This document shows positions 29,701 through 38,956 of a stretch of DNA of 64,000 nt, piece after piece. Below the pieces are notes generated by a model. That model ran no database searches, had not been told where the DNA came from, and saw nothing but the letters and a program-made list of their open reading frames with translations. Position numbers and translations under genes: made by a program. This DNA comes from Candidatus Binatia bacterium. Lineage in GTDB: Bacteria > Desulfobacterota > Binatia > Bin18. The stretch's first letter is position 1. Each line of letters starts with the position of its first letter. Location: positions 32,001 to 96,000 of the forward strand of contig CAXXHG010000043.1 in NCBI GenBank assembly GCA_963666315.2, read 5' to 3'.

Positions 29701-30524
29701 TGGTCGGTCAGGAAGCAACCAAACTCTACGACGATGCGCGCCAGATGCTCGCAAAAATCATTGCTGAGAAATGGTTTAGCGCAAAAGGCATATTCGGTTT
29801 ATTCCCGGCAAATTCGATCGGCCATGACGATATTATTGTCCATGGATTTACAGCGGCCGCGGGGACAGGGATGTACAAAAGCGGCGGAGGTATACTCACT
29901 ACATTGCATACCGTCCGACAACAAACACCAAAAGCAGCCGGTCAACCCAACTATGCACTGGCGGATTTCATTGCGCCGGAAGAAACGCATATACATGATT
30001 ACATCGGTGCGTTTGCGGTTGCAGCCGGTTTCGGCATGCAAGACAAATTGGATCAGTTTGAAAACGATCATGATGACTATAGTGCCATTATGCTTAAAGC
30101 CTTAGCAGATCGTTTTGCCGAGGCGTTTGCCGAACGCTTACACCAGCGTATCCGAAAAGAGTACTGGGGTTATGCCCCGGATGAAGGGTTCGATAATGAG
30201 GCTTTGATCACAGAAAAATACCAGGGCATCCGCCCTGCCCCCGGATATCCGGCTTGCCCGGACCATACCGAGAAGCCATTGATCTGGGATCTGCTTAAAG
30301 TCGAAGAAAATACGGGCATAACTTTGACGGAATCCTACGCCATGTTCCCCACAGCAGCAGTCAGCGGCTTCTACTTCTCACATCCGGAATCGCGATATTT
30401 TGGGGTGGGAAAGATAAATAAAGACCAAGTCAGAGATTACGCCCACAGAAAGAGCATGACTATGGCTCAAATTGAGAGATGGCTTTCTCCCAATTTGGGG
30501 TATGATCCCGACGGTGTTGGTTAA
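26778..30524 (+). CDS. metH: Cobalamin-dependent methionine synthase
   Basis: [38 protein letters not shown] (B12 His ligand), [12 protein letters not shown]. Confidence 0.98.
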   Translation: MGEKQRNNGQAQLEALLQERILLLDGAMGTMIQSYQLEEADYRGERFADHPCDVKGNNDLLTLTQPDIIKAIHTAYFDAGADLVGTNTFNSTSIAMADYRMEDLVYELNTAGAALARAVADDFEEKNAARPRFVVGTLGPTNRTASISPDVNSPGFRNVTYEELVEAYSEAIRGLVDGGADILLVETIFDTLNAKAALYAIDQYFDEHQVQLPIMISGTITDQSGRTLTGQTTEAFWNSVRHANPLTIGLNCALGPQDLRQYIEDLSVVSSIYISAHPNAGLPNEFGGYDLGAGPMAEHIKEWAESGLLNIVGGCCGTTPEHIAAIGKVIQNISPRKRPEIPPYQRLSGLEAFNITPDTNFVNVGERTNVAGSPRFLKLVKEDQDLEAAVAVARQQVENGAQVIDICMDEGMLDSEQLMADFLKLIASEPDISRVPVMIDSSKWTVIEAGLRCVQGKCIVNSISLKEGEEKFIAYAKLIKRYGAAMVVMAFDEQGQADTTDRRLEVCQRSYDILVNQVGFLPEDIIFDPNILTVATGMEEHNNYAVSFVEATRLIKEHLPHALVSGGLSNVSFSFRGNNPVREAMHAAFLYHAIQAGMDMGIVNAGQLGIYDEIPKDLLGYIEDVLLNRRDDATDRLVEFAETVTGGGKKEKKVDLEWRKGPVRERLSHALVKGIANYIEEDTEEARQQSDRALHVIEGPLMDGMNVVGDLFGAGKMFLPQVVKSARVMKKAVAYLLPYIEAEKGDGEIKSNGKIVMATVKGDVHDIGKNIVGVVLQCNNFEVIDLGVMVPAQTILDTAREQKADIIGLSGLITPSLDEMVHVAKEMQRQDFALPLMIGGATTSRAHTAVKIDSSYEHPVIHVKDASRAVGISTRLLNVDMKKELAAEIQQDYDIVRERHAAKQAKTTWLTLAQARANRVAIDWDNYTPPVPHTLGIEIFDDYPLGELAEYFDWTPFFIAWELAGKFPRILCDDVVGQEATKLYDDARQMLAKIIAEKWFSAKGIFGLFPANSIGHDDIIVHGFTAAAGTGMYKSGGGILTTLHTVRQQTPKAAGQPNYALADFIAPEETHIHDYIGAFAVAAGFGMQDKLDQFENDHDDYSAIMLKALADRFAEAFAERLHQRIRKEYWGYAPDEGFDNEALITEKYQGIRPAPGYPACPDHTEKPLIWDLLKVEENTGITLTESYAMFPTAAVSGFYFSHPESRYFGVGKINKDQVRDYAHRKSMTMAQIERWLSPNLGYDPDGVG

Positions 30525-30757
30525 ATCGTCGCCTGACCTGGGTTCTTTTAGTGACGAGTTCCGCGATGTATAAGGCGTTGCAGAAGCGGGATTCAGAGAC
30601 ATTCCAGTAGTTCAAGAACGTCCCTTGCTTCCCCGCCAGCTACACCCTGCAGCACAGCGCATCTGGTGGAGCAAGCGCCGCTTTGCGCAACAGCCCAGCA
30701 CTCCAACACTCCAGGCTCTTGACTGTCACCCCCTTCTTTTGCTTCCCTGATCTTTGT

Positions 30758-32458
30758 ATGAAGCTGCTCAGCACGCAACTCACCTACTTTCTGAATGAGC
30801 GGGAAACGCGCCGCAATATCGGGACGCTTCTCAAATTTTTCGCCTTTTTGGTTGGTATTATCATTATCTTCTCAATCCTCTTCCACGTGATCATGTTGTA
30901 CGTGGAAAGGCAGGACCATTCGTGGCTGACTGGGCTGTACTGGACACTCACCGTGATGAGCACGCTCGGATTTGGCGACGTTACCTTCAGCAGCGATATT
31001 GGGCGGCTTTTCAGTATTGTGGTCCTGCTGTCCGGGATCGTCCTGTTGTTAATTGTCCTGCCTTTTACCTTTATCCGGTTCTTCTACGCCCCCTGGCTCG
31101 AAGCCCAGGTGCGGCTCCAGGCCCCGCGTGAAGCCCCGCTCGACACGCGGGGACACGTCGTGATCTGTGCCTACGATGCTATTGCGCCTGGTCTGATTGA
31201 GCGGCTGCGGCTGCACGATATCCCCTACTCTGTCCTTGAACCTGACCCGACAGTCGCCGCGCGCATGTATGAAGACGGAATTTCCGTCATTGCTGGTGCG
31301 ATCGATAGCCGCGAGACGTACGAAAAAGTCCGCGCTGCCCAGGCACGTTTGATCTTTGCGAACAGTACCGACACCGTAAACACAAATATTACCCTCACCG
31401 TTCGAGAGGTTGCACCGGACATCCCCATTATGGCAACAGTCGAGAACGAGGACTCGATTGATATTCTCGAACTGAGCGGGTGTCCGCACGTGCTCCCCCT
31501 TAAGCAGCGTTTGGGAGAGCGTCTCACGAACCGGATTAATACCGGTCACGCCGAGGCCCATGTGATCGGCCACTTCCAGGATCTCCGGGTTGCCGAGTTT
31601 CCCGTCCGCAATACGCCCTTGGCTGGTCGGACGATCCGTGAGACCCGGCTGCGTGAGGTCATCGGTATCAATATTGTTGGGATTTGGGAGCGCGGTCGGT
31701 TGTTGCCGGCGTCTCCAGATACATCCCTGTCCAATACCAGTGTGATAATCGTTGTGGGCTCGGCAGAACAAATGCTTGAACTCAATACGCTGCTCGTCAT
31801 TTACGATACCAACTACAATCCGGTCATAGTCATCGGGGGGGGGGCAGTCGGGTGCGCCGCAACCCGGGCGCTGAAGCGCAAGGAGCTACCGGTTCATTTG
31901 GTTGAGCATGACGAGCGCTTGCGGGAGCGGATCGAACACCTCCCGGACAGACTTTTCATCGGCGATGCTGCCGATCGAGAGGTATTGATGCGAGCCGGAT
32001 TGCGGGATGCTCCCGCCGTGCTCCTGACCACGAACGACGATGCCATGAACATCTATCTCGCCGTTTATTGCCGCCGCCTCAATCCAGAGTTGCACATCGT
32101 GAGCCGTATTACCCACGAAAGAAATCTCGAAGCCATCCACCGTGCCGGCGCAAACTTCGCCCTGAGCTATGCCTCGCTCGGTATTGAATACGTCTTCTCT
32201 GTACTACAAAGTGGTGAGTTAGGAGTCCTCGGCGAGGGAGTTGAGTTATTCGTAGTGCCACTGCCGCAGATGTTGGTTGGATTAACCCTGTCTGAAAGTG
32301 GTATCGGTACACGGACGGGGCTAAACGTCGTCGGCATTCAGCACAACGGGCGCACCGTAACGAACCCTCCTGCCTCTGCAACGCTTCTCAGGGGAAGCGA
32401 ACTCATTATGCTGGGGAGTACACAGCAGCATCGCGCATTTATCGAAGCGTTTAGCTAA
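30758..32458 (+). CDS. Potassium channel with tandem RCK (TrkA-N/C) domains
   Basis: 2-TM pore with filter TVMSTLGFGD, then two TrkA-N/TrkA-C pairs (IGGGAVG). Confidence 0.9.
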   Translation: MKLLSTQLTYFLNERETRRNIGTLLKFFAFLVGIIIIFSILFHVIMLYVERQDHSWLTGLYWTLTVMSTLGFGDVTFSSDIGRLFSIVVLLSGIVLLLIVLPFTFIRFFYAPWLEAQVRLQAPREAPLDTRGHVVICAYDAIAPGLIERLRLHDIPYSVLEPDPTVAARMYEDGISVIAGAIDSRETYEKVRAAQARLIFANSTDTVNTNITLTVREVAPDIPIMATVENEDSIDILELSGCPHVLPLKQRLGERLTNRINTGHAEAHVIGHFQDLRVAEFPVRNTPLAGRTIRETRLREVIGINIVGIWERGRLLPASPDTSLSNTSVIIVVGSAEQMLELNTLLVIYDTNYNPVIVIGGGAVGCAATRALKRKELPVHLVEHDERLRERIEHLPDRLFIGDAADREVLMRAGLRDAPAVLLTTNDDAMNIYLAVYCRRLNPELHIVSRITHERNLEAIHRAGANFALSYASLGIEYVFSVLQSGELGVLGEGVELFVVPLPQMLVGLTLSESGIGTRTGLNVVGIQHNGRTVTNPPASATLLRGSELIMLGSTQQHRAFIEAFS

Positions 32459-32480
32459 ATGGAGAGAAGCTCGGTAAAGA

Positions 32481-34643
32481 TCAAAACCGGTACGTATAAC
32501 GCACCTTGAACTGCGCTTCGCGAGCAATGGAGCGAAAGCCGCCTTCCTCTTCGTCCAGCCAGCGCTGGTTAAAGACCAAAAAGAGATCATTGCCCGGCTC
32601 GATGATCCAGCGTATGCGCGTATTCAGACCGAGCACGTCAGACACGGTGTCGTATTGGACCAGGGTAAACCATGACAGATTGGGATTCAGCGCTAAATCC
32701 AGGCGGACCCGGAAGAGGCGAACGATAAAATTCCCCTCAGGCAGCCGGACATCGTTCTGCCGGTATTCCGTACTCAAAAAGAATCGTGGCCCAGGTTGAA
32801 AATTCAGCTGGGCATCCCAGCTATCGCGCTTGCCGCTATAAAAATCGCCCCAGACATAGGTCAGACGTGCAGACACCTTACGTTTATCCGCAGTTTCCGC
32901 TTGGATAAGATAACGTCGAAAGGTGTAGCGATCAGACCCAAGCGTTACGCCGTCGCTGATCTCAAAATCGTCGGTTAAGCGCTCAAACTGCTCCCAGGTC
33001 CGAAACGCCAGTACGTCGCCGCTATCAAAGCGCCACTCGCAGGGAAAAACGATATTGCGCGTAAGGAGCTGATTCGTATCTTGGTCGGTAATATAATTAC
33101 CGTCAAAGGCACACGAGACTTGACGCGTTTTCCAGCGTTTCGGCCGCGGCGCCGCTCTTAAAAACCAGCCGAAACGCCGTATCCCTTTGCGCGGCACAAA
33201 ACCCATAGTGGCGTCAAAATCCCTTTGCACCTCACGATAGGTCCCGAATAGTGACCAGGTGTCATTGGGCAGACTAATTTGACTGCCCCAGGCCCAGTTC
33301 TTGTTCGTGCCGGGGATAAAGCTTTTTTCGAAAAACGAAGAAAAGGTCAAATTTTTATCGCCCAAAAGCTTTGTCGTCTTATACAGAAAGTCATTGCCGT
33401 ACAGGCCGGTCGCAGCTCCATTCTCCGGCGACCGCCGGGTGGCGATCATGCCGATGGACGCGCGCTCCCCAAGGTCACGCTTGACGCGAATGACACTAAA
33501 GTTCTCGCCAGGAATGGGATCGCGCTCTTGCACCTGGACACTGAGTATACCCAGGCGATACTTGCCTATGCGCCCGCTGAGTTTGCCACCGCCGATCAGA
33601 TCGACCGTTTTGCCGTCATCAGAAATGCCTATGCGCCGACTAAAAAAAGGAACGATCACTAACGGACCAGACGTTGGGGTGAGTCCATCAACAGAAAAAT
33701 TGGGCGCGTCCTCTAGAAAGAATTGCCGCTTCTCAGGAAAGAAGAGAGAAAACCGCGTCAAGTTGACCTGCGCATCGTCAATTTCCGTTTCAGAAAAGTC
33801 GGTATTCATGGTCAGACTCAGCGTGAGACCCGGCGTGAGCTTGTAGAACAAATCAAAGCCGGGCTTAAAAGACGCGGCATCACGTCGCACCTCGGTTGTT
33901 AAGAAAGGCGAAAAATCGAAGCCCAAGCCTTGGGAGATATCCTGTAGGCCGGTGAGTCGTCCGGCTACCGATACGCGATTAAAGTCGAGATTCTGGCGAT
34001 GGCCGGTCCACACTGTTTCTTCAGTATTGCGCTTAATAATACGCTGTATATTGAAACCCCAGGTTGATTGTCCAGGGGCAAAGCTCAACGTCTGAAATGG
34101 AATCTCGAATTCCGCCGTCCAGCCAGTTGGCATTAAGTTCGTCTTCACATTCCAGATGCCATTCCAGTCTCGGTTCCTACTTTCACCCTCGTCACCAATC
34201 AGCTCATCCACCCGCGTGCCGACCGAGTTGGTCTGAAATTTAAATGCGTTCCGATGGTCGAGGAAGGTGTCAAACAAGAGAGTCACCCGATCATCGGCAT
34301 CCAGATTGGAATCCCGGTTAAACCGGGTGACGACGATCGCACTCGGATCAGAGTCGTGGCAGGTGACGCCGATATAGAGCTGAAAGCGAGTATAGAGAAC
34401 GCGCACCTCGGTTGATTGAGAGGCGCGTTCACCTTCGTCCGGTTCGCGTTGACGGAAATCGCTGGCGACCTGTGCGGTCTGCCAGGCAGGTTCGTCCAAC
34501 CTGCCGTCAAGAATAATCGGTTCACTGGTAGAGACAGCCCGCAACTCTGGGGTCGCGGAGAAAACAGCCGGCACCACAGCAGGCAGGAAAAGGCATAGGG
34601 CAGTATTGAGGAGAAAGAAACATCCCACAGCAGCCGCGTTCAT
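32481..34643 (-). CDS. CBM9-like/DUF5916 outer-membrane protein
   Basis: LDGRLDEPAW, GWTAEFEIPF, NTDFSETEID..QVNLTRFSLFFPEKRQFFLE, FSRRIG, C-terminal YRF beta-signal. Confidence 0.82.
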   Translation of the reverse strand: MNAAAVGCFFLLNTALCLFLPAVVPAVFSATPELRAVSTSEPIILDGRLDEPAWQTAQVASDFRQREPDEGERASQSTEVRVLYTRFQLYIGVTCHDSDPSAIVVTRFNRDSNLDADDRVTLLFDTFLDHRNAFKFQTNSVGTRVDELIGDEGESRNRDWNGIWNVKTNLMPTGWTAEFEIPFQTLSFAPGQSTWGFNIQRIIKRNTEETVWTGHRQNLDFNRVSVAGRLTGLQDISQGLGFDFSPFLTTEVRRDAASFKPGFDLFYKLTPGLTLSLTMNTDFSETEIDDAQVNLTRFSLFFPEKRQFFLEDAPNFSVDGLTPTSGPLVIVPFFSRRIGISDDGKTVDLIGGGKLSGRIGKYRLGILSVQVQERDPIPGENFSVIRVKRDLGERASIGMIATRRSPENGAATGLYGNDFLYKTTKLLGDKNLTFSSFFEKSFIPGTNKNWAWGSQISLPNDTWSLFGTYREVQRDFDATMGFVPRKGIRRFGWFLRAAPRPKRWKTRQVSCAFDGNYITDQDTNQLLTRNIVFPCEWRFDSGDVLAFRTWEQFERLTDDFEISDGVTLGSDRYTFRRYLIQAETADKRKVSARLTYVWGDFYSGKRDSWDAQLNFQPGPRFFLSTEYRQNDVRLPEGNFIVRLFRVRLDLALNPNLSWFTLVQYDTVSDVLGLNTRIRWIIEPGNDLFLVFNQRWLDEEEGGFRSIAREAQFKVRYTYRF

Positions 34644-34671
34644 GACCCTCCACCAACCAAACAATTATTCC

Positions 34672-34698
34672 TAAAGTATTCGAATAAGATGACGATAC
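34672..34698 (+). promoter_or_regulatory. Sigma28 (FliA)-like promoter
   Basis: TAAAGTAT-N11-GACGATAC versus consensus TAAAGTTT-N11-GCCGATAA, upstream of a flagellar rod-domain gene. Confidence 0.55.
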
Positions 34699-34750
34699 TG
34701 TTACATGTACCATATACTCAACTGAGTTTCCGCCACAAAAGCAGGGTACG

Positions 34751-35149
34751 ATGCATATGCCACTTGGAGCTCGCCCCGCCACGTACTCGGATCTTTCCGT
34801 CTCTCAACGCAAAATCAAGATTACGGCCAACAACAGCGCGCGCGTCAATACTAACGGGTTCAAAAAAAGCCGGACTCTTTTCTCCACTGCTCAGCCCCAT
34901 GGTGTCAATGCCGAAGTCGAACAGGGCGAGAGAGCCGGGCCAAACGCGCTGGAGCAAACCACGCCAAGTGAGCAGTCTGTCGGACAATCGGACGTCGACG
35001 CACGCGTCGAAGCCGACGTTGACCTCGGTCAAGAAATGGTCAATCTTCTGTCTGGTCAGCGTGGGTATGAGGCAAGTTTACGCACGCTGAAGACCGCGGC
35101 TAAAATGGTCGGCAGCATGATTGATGTTGTCGCTGATGAGGAACAATAA
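34751..35149 (+). CDS. Orphan flagellar basal-body rod (FlgC/FlgG-like N+C) domain protein
   Basis: ITANNSARVNTNGFK (degenerate ANN.AN.NT.GFK) and VDLGQEMVNLL..QRGYEASLRTLKTA..M.GS.ID. Confidence 0.72.
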   Translation: MHMPLGARPATYSDLSVSQRKIKITANNSARVNTNGFKKSRTLFSTAQPHGVNAEVEQGERAGPNALEQTTPSEQSVGQSDVDARVEADVDLGQEMVNLLSGQRGYEASLRTLKTAAKMVGSMIDVVADEEQ

Positions 35150-35210
35150 GGGCACCCAGACACAGGCCCGCTCTCGGTCTAGTCTTCTGACTTCTTGTTA
35201 GCTCGATTTT

Positions 35211-36035
35211 TCAGTCGTCCTCTTTAAACAACGCGTCACGCCAATCCAGCGCGGCACGGAGTCCTTTTTCTTTCCGAATCTGGTTAAACGCTTCTTGCTC
35301 CTGCGTTCGGGTGGTATCGAACATCACCACTAGATCAAGATTCTGGTAGATGCTGTTGAGAAAGCCCATATTTTCATACGCCCGGTTAATGGCCGCTTTG
35401 TTAAACTTCAGCCCGACCCGGGAGATCTTGATGAGCTTCCGGGCCGTTTTCTCGCACTCTTGCATGAGCTGATCGTGGGCTACCACGCGGTTAATCATGC
35501 CCAGACGCTCAGCCTCCTTCGCCGAAATCATCTCTCCGGTCAGGAGCAGCTCCTTGGCCTTGGCGAAGCCGACACTAAATGGGGTGACCAATACCGGAGG
35601 GCCGGTCCCAAAACGGATCTCCGGCTCGCCTAAAACCGCCTGCTCGGAAGCAATCTTGATGTCGCACAGCTGAGCCAGCTCGCAGGCGCCCGCCAGCGCA
35701 TAGCCATTAATCGCGGCGATATACGGTTTGCCGGATTGCCAGACCTTGAGAAACGTTTCAATATTCTGCTTCAGCTCTGACCGCCAGCTATCGGCAGAGC
35801 GCTCATACAGCTCGGGCTCGCCTTCCACGGGCGCAATATTAAATCCGGCAGAAAACGCCCGTCCGGCTCCGGTCAGAATCACGACGCGGACTTCGTCATC
35901 CGCCTCAATCGCGTCAAATGCCTGGGCTAACTCGACCATGAGTTCCTTGCTGAGGGCATTCAGCTTGCTCGGTCGGTTGAGGGTGAGATAGCCGATCTGG
36001 TTCTTTTTCTCGAATATGAGGTTTTTATATGCCAT
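35211..36035 (-). CDS. Enoyl-CoA hydratase/isomerase family protein
   Basis: LNRP.KLNAL, LTGAGRAFSAG, AAINGYALAGACELA, GEPEIRFG. Confidence 0.92.
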   Translation of the reverse strand: MAYKNLIFEKKNQIGYLTLNRPSKLNALSKELMVELAQAFDAIEADDEVRVVILTGAGRAFSAGFNIAPVEGEPELYERSADSWRSELKQNIETFLKVWQSGKPYIAAINGYALAGACELAQLCDIKIASEQAVLGEPEIRFGTGPPVLVTPFSVGFAKAKELLLTGEMISAKEAERLGMINRVVAHDQLMQECEKTARKLIKISRVGLKFNKAAINRAYENMGFLNSIYQNLDLVVMFDTTRTQEQEAFNQIRKEKGLRAALDWRDALFKEDD

Positions 36036-36206
36036 GGTCTCTCCACCTCCCTGACTCAATGGGCCGTGTCTAATTGGTTTAACCGGTCTAACCCAACAGT
36101 CGGAGAAGATCAACGCAGCGTTTTCAGCTGATGATTCCGTACTCCCGCTCTTGCCCTCCCTGCCGAAAATCTCCAGACTCGGGCGAAAGAAAGACGTTCA
36201 CCAGCC

Positions 36207-37433
36207 ATGCAGACCTCAGATCTTCTGCTCACTCGGACCGAAGGTCCGTATCTCTATCCGCGTGATATTAAGGTTGACGCTCCACGTTTTACAAAGATGG
36301 CCCAAGAACTCATCGCCATCTATGCCGACCATGAGGGCAAGACTCGGCGCGAGCTGACCACTACCCTCAATCAGTATGCAGAAGACCGAACCGATTTTCG
36401 GATTCAGCGCGGTCTGGCCAAACTCTTACGCGACCACCGGTGTGAGTTTGAGGAACACAGCATCGCCCCTTCGGCTGAAATCCGCCGACGTCTGTTTGCC
36501 TTAGCCCACGAAAACCATCCCGTGGTCTTGCAACCCGACCTCATACATCCCGTGACTAAGGACGAACTGTTGGCCGAAGTTGAGTATAAAGCCGAACCTG
36601 AGCAAATCGCCGGGGCGCTGTACGCCGACCTGGCTGAGAATCACATCCTGACCCGTTTTGATACACCCGACCCGCAGTGGCTACTCCTGCGCTATAACGT
36701 CGCGCTCGCTCAAGCCCTGCCGTATCGCTGCATTCGAATGAAACTGTCCGTCTTTCGCAATATTCCCGGCCGCTACAAGCAGCTTTTTAAGTTCATAAAG
36801 TTCTACCAACTCATGCATGCGATCGAGGGCGATCTCGACAGCGGCTACGAAACCCTCCTGGACGGGCCGGTCAGCATGTTTCGCTTGTCACAGAAATATG
36901 GGCTGAAACTTGCCGTTTTCCTGCCCGCCCTTTTACTGTGTACGCGCTGGAAGATGGAAGCCGAGATTATGACCTCGGACGGCGAGCGTCGCTATTTCCC
37001 GCTCGACGAGAGCGCCCACTTGGTCTCGCACTACCGTGAAAGCACGATGTATGACTCTCTGCTCGAAAAGACCTTTGCCGAGCGCTTTAACGCTATTGAT
37101 AGTGGCTGCCAGATTGAACGCGAGGTAGCCATTATCAACCTCAAGGAAACCGTCTTTATTCCGGACTTTGCCTTTCGGCATGCAGACGGACGGACGGCGC
37201 TGATGGAAATCGTGGGCTATTGGCGTCCAGAGTATCTCAAAAAAAAGATCATGAAGCTGCGCCGCTCGGGTCGAGACAACATGGTCGTTGCCGTGTCCGC
37301 CAATTTGAATGTGGGCGAAGAAGACTTCACCGATGTGCCCGGCAGTGTGTTCTTTTTTAAGAATCGGATTAACCCCCAAGAGGTCGTCGCCCGCCTGGAA
37401 CAGGACGGACGAGACGCGAGCCAAGAAACGTGA
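36207..37433 (+). CDS. DUF790 (Bax1-like) PD-(D/E)xK endonuclease
   Basis: GLAKLL, ALYADL, RYNVALAQ, LDGP.S.F....KYG, YDS.LE..FA, FIPDF...MEIVGYW.PEYL.KK. Confidence 0.85.
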   Translation: MQTSDLLLTRTEGPYLYPRDIKVDAPRFTKMAQELIAIYADHEGKTRRELTTTLNQYAEDRTDFRIQRGLAKLLRDHRCEFEEHSIAPSAEIRRRLFALAHENHPVVLQPDLIHPVTKDELLAEVEYKAEPEQIAGALYADLAENHILTRFDTPDPQWLLLRYNVALAQALPYRCIRMKLSVFRNIPGRYKQLFKFIKFYQLMHAIEGDLDSGYETLLDGPVSMFRLSQKYGLKLAVFLPALLLCTRWKMEAEIMTSDGERRYFPLDESAHLVSHYRESTMYDSLLEKTFAERFNAIDSGCQIEREVAIINLKETVFIPDFAFRHADGRTALMEIVGYWRPEYLKKKIMKLRRSGRDNMVVAVSANLNVGEEDFTDVPGSVFFFKNRINPQEVVARLEQDGRDASQET

Positions 37434-37491
37434 ATCTTGAAACGTCACTCCGCTAACCCATTGTACAATCTAAGATTCATTCAGAAATAGC

Positions 37492-37547
37492 TTGACAAGA
37501 ATAATACGACTCATAAAATGAATCATAACAACTCATTATTGAGTCAC
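37492..37547 (+). promoter_or_regulatory. Sigma70 promoter and repeated operator sites of the TA operon
   Basis: TTGACA-N16-TAAAAT, overlapped by the repeated near-palindromes GACTCA, TGAATCA, AACTCA and TGAGTCA. Confidence 0.6.
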
Positions 37548-37572
37548 TATCGAGTTACTCGGAAGTGTTTAT

Positions 37573-37836
37573 ATGCGACAACTCACTATTCGCGGATTTG
37601 ATGAGCCTCTCCTCCAGCGCTTACAACAACTCGCCCGACAGGAAGGAATTTCCTTAAATAAAGCTGCTCTGCTGTTGCTCAAACGAGGAGCGGGGCTGGA
37701 CCCCTCTCCTCAGCAGGCTGAAGAGGTCGGCCATTCGTTAGATCACCTCATTGGCGCATGGTCGCCTGAGGAAGAGCAAGCTTTTCTAAAAGCAACACAG
37801 CGCTTCGATCAGATCGATGATGCTTTTTGGTCATGA
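37573..37836 (+). CDS. Ribbon-helix-helix antitoxin (FitA/VapB-like)
   Basis: MRQLTIRG.DE.L...L...ARQEGISLN, acidic C-terminus; overlaps vapC (ATGA). Confidence 0.85.
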   Translation: MRQLTIRGFDEPLLQRLQQLARQEGISLNKAALLLLKRGAGLDPSPQQAEEVGHSLDHLIGAWSPEEEQAFLKATQRFDQIDDAFWS

Positions 37837-38231
37837 GGATCTTGCTTGATACAAATGCGTGTGCTGCCCTCTTACGGGGCAAGCCTCAAGTGACCAGTCT
37901 AGTCCATCATGCACGGCAGGTTCTCTTGTCCACAGTCGTGCTTGGCGAGCTGCTGTTTGGCTTTCGCAACGGTTCCCAGCATGAAAAGAATCGCCAAGAG
38001 TTAGATGAGTTTCTCGCTAACCTGTACGTGGATGTTATTCCGGTGACATTCACAACAGCGGACCGTTTCGGGCGGATCGCCACGGCTCTACGTCAGGCTG
38101 GTACACCAATCCCGACAAATGATATCTGGATTGCTGCTCACGCAATCGAGACTGGGGCGGATTTGTTGTCCTATGATAGACACTTTGAGACTGTAGCGGG
38201 CTTGGTCTGGATTCAACTCTTCGACTCGTGA
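37833..38231 (+). CDS. vapC: PIN-domain toxin VapC
   Basis: LLDTN, VLGEL, PTNDIWIAAHA, SYDRHF acidic tetrad. Confidence 0.92.
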   Translation: MRILLDTNACAALLRGKPQVTSLVHHARQVLLSTVVLGELLFGFRNGSQHEKNRQELDEFLANLYVDVIPVTFTTADRFGRIATALRQAGTPIPTNDIWIAAHAIETGADLLSYDRHFETVAGLVWIQLFDS

Positions 38232-38477
38232 AGCTGTGTCAAAGTCCGCTGAGGCAGCGCCACGTCATGTGAAGGGTCTACGGCTGGACGCCCCTTCTCT
38301 CAGGCCCACGCCCGTTTGCAGAAAAACATAATCTTGAGTGGAAGAGGTACTGCCGAATTATCGAGACCCGCTCTCCGATAAGACGGCCCCCTCCAAACCA
38401 CGACTCTCGGGAGCGGGCCGTGTTTCACAGGGCTGAGACGCACGAATCCTTAGAACGGTTCAAAAGGAGGACACGGA

Positions 38478-38866
38478 ATGTCTACCCAACGCTATACACT
38501 CTCTGTCTTTGCGGCGCTGATCGCGGGCCTAGTGGGCGGGGGCACCGCCGGCCTACTCGTGTCCGGCTCGTTCCTGTATGCGTCCCCGCTACAGGAACGA
38601 GCCGGACACAGCGGATAGTCATCGTGGATGCGACCGGCCAGGAGCGCATGGGACTCGGGATAGTGGATGGAGTTCCTCGCCTGATGATGCTCGACCACGA
38701 TGGGCGAACACGGCTGGCGTTGGGACTGCTTGGCGATGGCGCGCCCCGCTTAAGTTTCCTCGACCCCCACGAGAAGATGCGACTGGAGGTAGGAGCCCCC
38801 GCCGATGGTTCGCCAGCCTTGGTGGTGTTAGATGCCCGGGAGCAAACGGTGTGGCAGGCGCCCTAG
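38478..38866 (+). pseudogene. Frameshifted exported beta-repeat protein
   Basis: AAGGAGG + ATG 38478 gives a signal anchor (MSTQRYTLSVFAALIAGLVGGG) that stops at 38616-18. The repeat body (D..G..R..LG...G.P.L, ending VWQAP) is in another frame. Confidence 0.6.
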
Positions 38867-38956
38867 TCGCGAGTGGCAACGCTGCGTCGATCCGTCTCGG
38901 CCCCCGATCAACTCCTCCGGCCTTGTCAAGTTGATCGGTGATACTCCAGATGCGGC

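Noticed and set aside
30690-30715. CAGCACTCCAACACTCCA short tandem unit
   Set aside because: Only two 8-bp copies; too little to support a function.
38420-38477. ORF-track N-terminus of the 148-aa ORF
   Set aside because: No RBS. The strong RBS and signal anchor start at 38478 in another frame.
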